Shown here: positions 11,901 to 21,642 of the stretch, one piece after another | How the letters are laid out: the number at the start of each line of letters is the position of its first letter | How positions within the stretch are numbered: position 1 is the first letter of the stretch | Assembly (NCBI GenBank): GCA_946965045.2 | Contig: OX337239.1 | Coordinates: forward strand, 2,914,001-2,978,000 | Reading direction: 5' to 3' | DNA: 64,000 nt | Source: Epithemia pelagica | Lineage: Eukaryota; Protista; Bacillariophyta | Program-made: the position numbers and the translations under genes | The notes under the pieces: model-generated | Seen by the model: the letters and a program-made list of their open reading frames with translations, nothing else | Databases searched by the model: none | What the model was told of the DNA's origin: nothing

Positions 11901-14900
11901 TGATCAAGACTGCTAACGAGTCTTCCCCAGCCGATCCTGCTGGAAAGGGAGTGCTTGACGCAGCCGTACTGTCACAACGTTGGGGCATTGGTTTACCCAA
12001 AGCGAAGAATACGCTTAAAGTGACGACGCAGGCTGGAGTACGAAACGTATTAATCCCATCTGAGCGTAAGGTCCGTAAGAAGGCACCGTGGCTCAAATTC
12101 CCTAATGTGAAAGGCCGTTGGTTCTCGGACGAGATGTTTGCCAAAGAAGTATCACTGAACGGGGACACAGGCGCCTCGATCTTTACCGACGGCAAAGGAT
12201 TCGACCACGTTTATCCCTGGAAGTCTAAAAAGCAACATCCTGAAGGATTGATGTCTTTGATTCACAATGTAGGGATTCCCCAAACAATGGTATCTGATGG
12301 TGCCCGAGAATTGTTCCTAGGGAAGTCCCGTGAAATATGCAACGAGTACCGCATAAAGATGGAGAAAACGGTTCCTTATAGTCCATGGCAGAACGCCGCC
12401 GAAGCGAGCATTCGTGAACTAAAGAAGGGAGTTGTCAAAATTATGAGGACGACCGGCGCACCACGACGTTTATGGAGCTATGCTCTTAAATGGTGCTCAC
12501 ACGTACGGCAACTCACGGCATCCGATATCCCTGAATTAGATGGACGGACACCGTTCGAGCATGTAATTGGCTCAACGCCAGACATCTCTCCATTAGCCAT
12601 GTTCCAATTCTATCAGCCGGTGTATTATCGCATGACCATGGCACAGTTTCCCTTCGAAAAAAGACTGATTGGCCGATGGTTGGGCTTAGCCGATGATTAC
12701 ACCGATGATATGGCCTATGAAATCCTAACGCAAGAGGGCAATCATGTCACATGGAAAGATGTGTGGGCCATTCCGGAAGACGACCTGAAGAATCCGACGA
12801 TTCATCAGCAGTTGTTGGACTATGATACCGCTATTCAAACGCAAATGAAAGAGCCGCCATCTGATGGCACAACTGGGAGCGATCCACCCCCAGACCTCTT
12901 TGACGAAGGTGAACTTCTAGAGCCCTTGTTCCCAGAGGCCGAAGCCCTGGAATCCGACGCGTACACGCCGGAGGAACTAGACGAATACCTCACCGCTGAA
13001 GTCATGCTGCCGCGAGGAGGTGAAAGCGCTCGAGCGAAAATCATTGGACGCACGAAAGATGCTCATGGGCGACCTATTGGTGAGCGCGACGCAAACCCAA
13101 TCCTTGATACCCGGTACTACGATGTACAGTTTCCGGATGGATCGGTCGAGTCGTATGCAACCAATATGATCGCAGAGAATCTGTATTCGCAAGTTGACCC
13201 GGAGGGCAATGCGTTCAACACATTGAAAGCCATTGTGGGTCACCGCAGTGATGAGACCGCAGTTAAGCGAACAGACGCATCGTTCCTTGACGGCACATCA
13301 CACCACACAACGAAAGGCTGGGAATTGCAATGTGAACTGTCCGATCAATCAACTGTTTGGCTGCCGCTCAAAGACGTCAAGAATGGAAATATGATTGAAG
13401 CCGCCGAATACGCAGTATCCACTGGCATCGCAAAAGAGCCTGCTTTCGCATGGTGGGTGTCACGTGCACTTCGCAAACGAGACCGCATTATCAAAAAGGT
13501 AAAGTCACGTTATTGGAAGCGAACGCACAAGTATGGCATTGAGTTGCCCCACTCTGTGGAAGAAGCCCTGGCGATTGACCGCCGAACGGGGACTGACTTC
13601 TGGCGTAAGGCTATTGAGAAAGAAATGAAGAACGTTGGCATTGCTTTCGAATTTCCAGCTGATGGCGAAGTGCCTTCTGGATACAAGCATATTCCCTGTC
13701 ATATGGTTTTTGATATCAAATCAGACCTGCGACGAAAAGCACGGTAAGTGGCCGGAGGCCACAAAACTGATCCACCCAAAGAATCGACCTATTCTAGTGT
13801 GGTATCACGCGATAGCGTACGCATTGCTTTTACTATCGCTGCACTAAATGGTCTAGATGTTCTCGTCGGGGACGTGCAAAACGCATATCTCAACGCACCG
13901 ACTAAAGAGAAGACCTATACCACCGCGGGACTCGAATTTGGACCAGATAAGGTTGGACAACCTGCACTGATAGTGCGCGCATTATATGGTCTCAAAAGTT
14001 CTGCCGCAAGGTGGCGTGATCACATCGCCGCAACGCTCCGCGATATGGGATTTAAGATGTGTCAAGCTGATCCGGATGTATGGCTTTGAGCGAACACTCG
14101 ACCATCTGATGGGTTCCAGTATTACGAGTATGTTTTGGTCTATATTGATGATCTGCTGATTGTTAGTCATGATCCCAAAACCGTGATGCAGGATCTGCAG
14201 AGGCGCTATACGATCAAGCCCGACAGTATCAAACCGCCAGACGAATACTTGGGATCCGAAATACGGCGTTATACCATACCCGACACGCAAGATCCGTCGA
14301 ACCGTGATCGTTGGGCCATGTCCGCTGACAAGTATTGTAAGCGTGCTCTTGCCGAAGTCGAAACGGAACTGGAGAAATCCGGAGAAAAGCTGAAGTCAAA
14401 AGTGACGACGCCGATCGCCGATGGATATCGCCCGGAATTGGATGCGACTCCTGAACTCGACGCAAGACGTGCGAACTATAACCAAGGACTGATCGGTATT
14501 CTCCGTTGGATTGTTGAACTCGGTCGTATCGACATTACAACCGCAGTCTCCCATATGTCCCGTTTTATGGCGAATCCACGAGAAGGACATCTCGAGCAAA
14601 CGTTGCACATCTTCGCATATCTGAAGAAGTACGATAAATCCGCCATTGTGTTCGACGACACAACCCCTGACTTCGATGAGTCACGTTTTACCCGACCGGA
14701 TTGGTCTGAGTATTATCCTGATGCTGCCGAGCCGATTCCGCCAAACGCACCAGCACCGCGTGGAAACGCTGTCACCACGACTTGCTTTGTCGATGCTGAT
14801 CATGCTGGATGTCGTGTCACACGGCGCTCTCAAACAGGAGTCCTACTGTTCTTGCAACAAGCACCGATCATGTGGTATTCAAAACGACAAAACACTGTTG

Positions 14901-15235
14901 AGACGTCTACATTTGGCAGTGAGTTCGTGGCGATGAAAACTGCCATTGAAATGATTGAAGCATTTCGTTATAAGCTGCGAATGATGGGTATCCCGTTGGA
15001 TGGAGAGACGAATGTGTTTTGCGACAATGAATCTGTGTTCAAGAACTCGACGCAGCCGGAATCAGTCCTAAAGAAGAAGCACAACGCAATTGCTTATCAT
15101 CGGACTCGTGAAGCGCAAGCTGCTGGACTTGTGCGCATTGCATGGGAAGAAGGTGAAACGAATCTTGCCGATATCCTAACCAAACTGCTACCCGGACCTC
15201 GATTGCGATTCCTGGCCCAACGTATCATGTGGTAG
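8921..15235 (+). pseudogene. gag-pol: Copia gag-pol polyprotein with five in-frame stops and no frameshift
   Basis: ORFs 8921, 10277, 11006, 11738, 13748 and 14135 are all in the same frame. Stops at 10058, 10997, 11723, 13745 and 14087. Motifs: ELDSHADTC (PR), WFSDEMF/SDGARE/PWQNAAE (INT), CHMVFDIK, YIDDLL (RT), VDADHAG (RH). Confidence 0.93.
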
Positions 15236-15359
15236 CAGACCCCTTTTTAGATCCAAAATGGGATCGCCCCTTTTGAAGAATAGTCCGACGTACTGGACTG
15301 GCCTCTGCTGATATGACGAACTAAACGAAGTTGCCCACCCCGATTTTGTTCGCGGGGAC

Positions 15360-15599
15360 TGAATAAATAATCACGGGCGCCCCCTTTGTAACCTACGAAG
15401 GGCCTCGCCATGCCTCGCTACGCACCGCCTGGCATCGCCCGGCCCCTAGTTATGTGTTCGCTAGTGGGTACCGTGGTCGCTATTTGGCCCCTACGTGAGC
15501 GATTTGCCCCCAAAGGGCACCCCTACTTTAGTTATCATAATTTCTGATAGTTTGATTGTTGCAAGCCGTATATTGCGTCTGGCCGTCAGTTTTTATTCA
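15360..15599 (+). repeat. 3' LTR (240 bp)
   Basis: Near-identical to 8185-8424; preceded by the PPT CGCGGGGAC at 15351-15359. Confidence 0.95.
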
Positions 15600-16495
15600 A
15601 TTCGTCGCCGTATTCCCGGAATACAACAACGAGGACCCAGATGCGCAATACTACACCCTCTACCTGCGCAAGACCCCTGACACACACTTGCTCACCACCA
15701 ACACCATCCGACAGTTCACCGACTTCCCGAACAACATCCTTCTCCCCACCCTGGCGGCCGTGGCCGCGACACCTCCGAGACAATCGACAAACAACCACAA
15801 ACCAGCAACTCCGACTTCTTCTAGCCACACCAACCGACTCGTAGCATTTACCAACCGTCTTCTCAGGCGAAAACACAACAACCTCGACGAAACACCAGCC
15901 GAGACAGAGGACAACGGACCCGAGACTCCGGACAGGCACAACCATCCAAGCAACCAGCCAAACAAACGGAGTGCAGCCGCCATGCAACCAACAGAGGAAG
16001 AGGACAACGACCCATACGACGACGGCACAGATTGGACAACAGTGGCAGCGACAGCCCACCACATCCAAAACCAAAACAATGAGGTCGACGACCAAAAACC
16101 AGCAGCCAAACGGAACCAATTCGCCCCGTTGGCCGAACAACAAGACGACCAAACAGCTAACGACGACATGATGGACACGGAAGAGTCCGACGACCACTCG
16201 CGTGCCCTCATTGGAAGCGACGACAACGGAGATAACTACGAACAAGACGACCATGAGTTTTCAGCCACCACCATGCAAGAAATCGAACTAATCTTCAAAT
16301 ATGTGGCAAACAACAATCCCTCACGCATCGACGAAATGCGCGAATTTCTAGAGAATACAAAGTCGTTCACGAACGACACCGACGCGCAGGATGCTTGGCG
16401 CTTTGCCCAGTCTTTAGTCCAGACCGGCAACACCTACATCGCCGACTCGCGCACCGGCCATGTGGTCCCGCATGACAAATGGGCCAAAGGGCCAA

Positions 16496-19400
16496 ATGAG
16501 TGAACGAAAGACAAAAACTCCCCGACACTGTCCAGTACCCGACTGCCCATGGACGGTGCCATCATCATCAACCAACCCCCATGCCTCCCTGAAGGAACAC
16601 CTAATCACCGAGCACAACGAAACTCACCCAACAGACTACCTCACACCCAAATACTGCAACCAACACGGCTTTCATCCATGCCCCAAATGCGACACGCCCA
16701 CAGCCATCTTCACTACGGAAGGGCATCTAAGACAACACGTAACAAAAAAACATAGTAGGACGAAAACAAACCTCCAGTTAGTCCTACAAACCTACCGACA
16801 TTCTCAACCAGAAAATGAGAGACAATGGAAAGATAGCTTAGCTTATCTGCACAAACTGCAGCTTTCACCACCACCATTCCGCCGAAGTATCTGGCACAAA
16901 CTAAAGCCTCCAATCAGAGCAGAATTTTACACAACATACAACACGGTTGTGTCTTGGATCCTTGAAGCAACACCACCCCTGTCCCCCTCGGTCCTGAAGG
17001 ATGACAGACCACCACAACACGACATCGACGCCAGTCCCTTTTGGAAATTGTTAATTCTATTAGAGTCCCTCCTGCTGGCACCAATCAAAGGAACAGTGCA
17101 CCTCACCCATGCAAACGCCTTTCAGGCCCGGCTCTCCTGGTTTAAGACCGGCAGACTCGAAGAGCTCCACAACATGATCTGGAATCTAACTCCACTCCCG
17201 AAACAGGGAGCAATCAACAAGAAAAAACAGAAACAACGACATCAACAACAACATCACCCCTCTCAGTCCGACCAACTGCCACAATGGCGTATCAACTCAG
17301 CTCAACAATTAGCCGACCTTGGCAATTACCGAGCAGCAGTCAAACGACTCACAACAAACACACCACCAGCAACATTGACAGCACCAAGAGTCAAACATTG
17401 CCAGGACGAACTCTTCCCACAAAGACAACGACCACCCCCGTCAACAAGATCACATGGTCAAACAACAATGGGACCCCCAGCCGCGCAGTACTTGAAGCTA
17501 ACAGACGAGTCCTTCGAAAGAGCACTGCGGCAGATGACACCGGGGACGGCCTCGGGACCGTTCTCAACATGCATCGACACAATAGTGTCGATGGCCCTCC
17601 ACAAGACAACAAAAGCGCCGGATGCAACAAGACCGTACTTCCACAACATCAAGTCACTCATACAACTCGTTGTGACTGCCCAAGTACCGACAACAATCCA
17701 ACCAATTCTCGCAAGCAATTACTTTCTTGCTCTGCACAAAGACATGAACAATCTGGAACGGTTAGGGCCAATTGGGATTGGAACAGCCATCAGAAGAGTA
17801 GCGGCCAAGACAGCCCTGGTTCACCTTACCGACGCCAATCAACCCCTCATGCTCCAAGGAGGCCAGTACGGCATACAAGTGCCCGGGGGAGTCGACTTTG
17901 TCGCACAAACCACGGTCATGGCAGTGCGGCAATACATCAACCGAAATCCAACAACGACAGACCCATCAACAACATCAACACCAACCGACAGCCAGACGAG
18001 ACCTCCAAGCTAAGCACTGGTCATGCTGGATCTAACAAATATGTTCAATAATGTGAGCAGAACCGAAGCAAGAAAAATCTTGTTAGAGCACGAAGAAACA
18101 ACACCACTGGTCCCCTTGTTTGACCTGTTAACACAACACACCTGCAAACAATGGAACTTCGACGAAAACAAACAAGCACAGTTTTTACGGCAAGAAGAAG
18201 GGTTCCCACAGGGCTGCCCTTTGAGCCCGCTATTCTCCTGTCTCGTCTTACTGGCCTTAACAAACAAGCTGAACAAAGAACAAGCCAAAAGAGCACAACA
18301 ACAACAGCGCAACAACAACCCACACGACGACGAAATGGGCGGAATAGGACACACCGCATCCATCATGGATGACACATCAGTGTGTTTGACCCACTGCGAC
18401 GTCCCATGGTTCCTAAGACGTTTCGAAGCACTCGGTCAGCCTTTGGGAATCATTTTGAACAAAAACAAAACAACAATTCTTACCTCCACTGACGGTACAT
18501 CCCCAGACACTCTAGACCCAACCGACAAACAGTGCCTCGAACAAGCGCTGTCGTTCCTTTCTCCAAGAGACCCGGCAAAAGCCGAGATCACAAACGGCGT
18601 ACGATTTCTCGGACAGCCTATAGGCTACAGCAAATTCGCCCAACAATACATCCAAAACAAAGTGAAAAAGATGCACCACAAACTAGACTGTTTCTTGCAA
18701 CTGCCTGACCTCCAAACCAAACACAACCTTTTCAAATTCACTATGGTATCGTCCCTGTTGCACCTGCTACCATCAGACGTCAACCTGGCACACACAACAA
18801 CAAATCCAAGAACGACGCTTTGGTCAAGCCCAACAACATTAGAGACAGAAAAAATCGTTACACGTTTTCTCTCAGAACTCACCTCGCTCCCCGAAACAGA
18901 GATCAGCACTTCGGCTTGCCTCATTGCGGCAATGCCACAACGACTCGGAGGCCTCGGCTACCAACAAGCGGCCACATCGGCGTACCCAAGATTGCTAACC
19001 CAAACGGCACAAGCAATCGCCTTAGCAACCTCAAGAGAAACACCAATCCCGAAAGTCCACCAAAGGGAACTTATCAATTGGCAAGAAAGCACCGATGAGT
19101 ATCTGACAATTTCCGAAAAACACTTTCACTATACGCCAATGAACACGCAGAAGAGCAATTGTACACACCAACGAGGTATGACCATACCACTCACAACAGA
19201 CTTCTCCATCACACAGTCCACGAGCACACCCTACCGCGATTGGTAGCCGAAACCACACCAGAACAACGAACCTTCCTCCCCGGTTTATTGTCGCCTCTCA
19301 CCAGTTTGGCACTGTCTCTTCCCTTGACAGCAACACAATTTCGCTATCCAAACAAAGTATTCCAAACGGCAATCAAAAGAAAATTGCGGCTCCCCCTGTT

Positions 19401-20388
19401 CGTGAATGATCCAACACAGTCTTGGCCACAGAAATGCCGCTGCTCGAAGAGCAAGGCAATTGACCCTCTGGGAGACCATTTGTTCTCATGCACCTCCGCT
19501 TCGAAAACAGCCCTTTCAAATGCAATTCGAGATACCTTATTCGATGTACTAAGACAACTCGCACCAGCAGCTGGAACAGTCGAAACCACCCACAACGTCC
19601 ACGTTGAGCCACCTGGTTTGGCTCCGCAACACGAGCGAAACATACGGCCCGCCGATGTTGGGATGCTCCTCCGAAAGCCACACCACAACAACCACTTTCA
19701 ATATGTGGCAATAGACATCACAATTCCCCCACCTCAGCAACCTTTGCCAATCAACGACCCGTCCGACCACAAAACAATAGCCACAATGGCATCTAGGGCG
19801 CATCAGGAGGCAGCAAGGGCTAAGTTCTGTCGGGATCCACAAACAGCCACACACCTGCTCCACAACGGAGTTTATCTCTTACCATTCACCGTCGACCACC
19901 TTGGTTCCTTGGGATCCTTCGCCGATACCCTTCTATTCCCATCAGAATATCGCAACCAAACCTTATCAACAACCGAACCCCCGCCATGGAATAACCCCTT
20001 TTTTGGAAAAGACGAAAAGCGAAGCAAATCACATCCCGCGGCATACGCACTCTTGCAACAACTGAAAGAAGCGCCAAACAACCTGCTTACCAAGGCAAAC
20101 AAAAACACAAAAAAGTTTAGCTATCCAGAAGCAAACATATACACAATCGGACACTTTGCAAAAGCCTCATTGGGACATGCAATAGTATCGGCACTGGCCA
20201 ACCATGCCAACAATAACATCACAGCGATCCAACATCACCAATCCAATCGAAAAACTCGAATCACACAATTGCAAAATCTGGCAACACCATGTTTTGCACC
20301 AGTCACTCCGATCTACTCCCCGGCTCCAATGGCACAGTTCATCACTGCCACGGACACAGCCCCACTCCTTTGCGAACTCGCCGCTTAG
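16496..20388 (+). pseudogene. ORF2 of the CRE-like element: C2H2 fingers, reverse transcriptase, CCHC and restriction-like endonuclease
   Basis: CPVPDC...HLITEH and CPKC...HVTKKH fingers; RT motifs GPIGIGTAIRR, LDLTNMFN, GFPQGCPLSP, SIMDD, FLGQPIG; C-terminus CRC...DHLFSC, RPADVG, IDITI. One in-frame stop at 18011 and a frameshift near 19100-19160. The ATG at 16496 overlaps the ORF1 stop. Confidence 0.85.
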
Positions 20389-20468
20389 GAGTCCCACTTT
20401 ACCATAGACAATAACATACTAAAAAGACTAAAGGTATATGACAACATCGAGACCCAATCGTCCAGTTA

Positions 20469-21490
20469 TGGGCTATCGGTGGGCGTGATAGCGCAAACAA
20501 ACCCCTGCTCGATTTGGCTCGTTTTTGTTGGAACGAGATTTTCAACCGTAACTCGATGTACTGCCGAAGCTCCAATATGGTAGTTCTACAGTTCATACTT
20601 GAAGGGCTTTTACTTTAGCGTCTACCTTCGTGAAACCAACTATCATAACTATCGTAGGTGCCATGGTTATCGCAACATAGTCGTCCATCGATGAGGATTT
20701 TCATCTCTCGCGACACGAACCACAATCGATCCTCATCGTCAGTTTCCGCTACTCGTCTCATTCAATCTTGATTCTCTGCCCCTCCTTTTTTGTAGCATTT
20801 TAGTTTAGGAACACTTGAGCGTAACGAGGTATCAGATTGACCGTAGGCGCCATGGTCATTGAGAATGGGCCATCCATTGATGGAGGCATTTTTCTCGATG
20901 TAGCACGTAGCACACAACATTTCGAGACCGAAGGACGTTGCTACTCGTCTCGTTCAATATTGACTCGCTTGCCTTCCTACTTTGTAGCATTTTAGTTTAG
21001 AACCTACTTGAGCGTACCCAAGTCTCAGATTGACCGTAGGCGCCATGGTCATTGAGAATGGGCCATCCATTGATGGAGGCATTTTTCTCGATGTAGCACG
21101 TAGCACACAACATTTCGAGACCGAAGGACGTTGCTACTCGTCTCGTTCAATATTGACTCGCTTGCCTTCCTACTTTGTAGCATTTTTAGTTTAGAACCTA
21201 CTTGAGCGTACCCAAGTCTCAGATTGACCGTAGGCGCCATGGTCATTGAGAATGGGCCATCCATTGATGGAGGCATTTTTCTCGATGTAGCACGTAGCAC
21301 ACAACATTTCGAGACCGAAGGACGTTGCTACTCGTCTCGTTCAAAATGGACTCATTGCCCCTCCTACTTTGTAGCATTTTAGTTTAGGACCTACCTGAGT
21401 GTACCCAGGTCTCAGATTGACCGTAGGCGCCATGGTCATTGAGAATGGGCCATCCATTGATGGAGGCATTTTTCTCGATGTAGCACAAAG
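20469..21490 (+). repeat. Left TIR including ~3.8 copies of a 193-bp tandem unit
   Basis: Starts TGGGCTATCGGTGGGCGTGATAGC; CATGGTCATTGAGAATGGGC recurs at 20851, 21044, 21238 and 21431. Confidence 0.9.
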
Positions 21491-21642
21491 CACACGAGAT
21501 TGGGCAAGCTTCAAATCAATTTTTAAGTGTCGTCTGAAGATGTCGGAGACAGGGGACGATTGAGACGAGAAATGGAAGTGGGGAGGTCATGGATTACAAC
21601 AACAGACGAAAGTCTATCACGCAAGCATAAACTTATAGTTTT

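Larger units (their letters stand above)
8185..15599 (+). mobile_element. Full-length Ty1/Copia (CoDi-like) LTR retrotransposon
   Basis: Two 240-bp LTRs (TGAATAAA...TTTATTCA), gag-PR-INT-RT-RH in one reading frame, GCGGGGAC PPT before the 3' LTR, and ATTC duplicated at 8181-8184 and 15600-15603. Confidence 0.95.
7561..16503 (+). pseudogene. ORF1 of the non-LTR element, in two parts (7561-8184 and 15604-16503)
   Basis: Removing the Copia and one copy of the ATTC duplication joins ...KRLRQLREF to VAVFPEYNNEDPDAQYY... in frame. The C-terminal half is T/N/D-rich; function unknown. Confidence 0.75.
7561..20440 (+). mobile_element. CRE-like (RLE-type) non-LTR retrotransposon, 5'-truncated, interrupted by a Copia at 8185-15599
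   Basis: ORF2 carries two C2H2-like fingers, a non-LTR RT and a C-terminal CCHC plus PD-(D/E)xK-like endonuclease motif. An upstream ORF1 is split by the Copia. The 3' boundary is approximate. Confidence 0.8.

Noticed and set aside
9596-16254. Long antisense ORFs over the Copia and LINE ORF1 (e.g. 9596..10192, 15586..16254)
   Set aside because: They mirror the codon bias of the sense genes and have no independent motifs.
20750-21490. ORFs within the 193-bp repeats (e.g. 21049..21300, 29978..30650)
   Set aside because: They are by-products of TIR tandem repeats, with inconsistent frames between copies.
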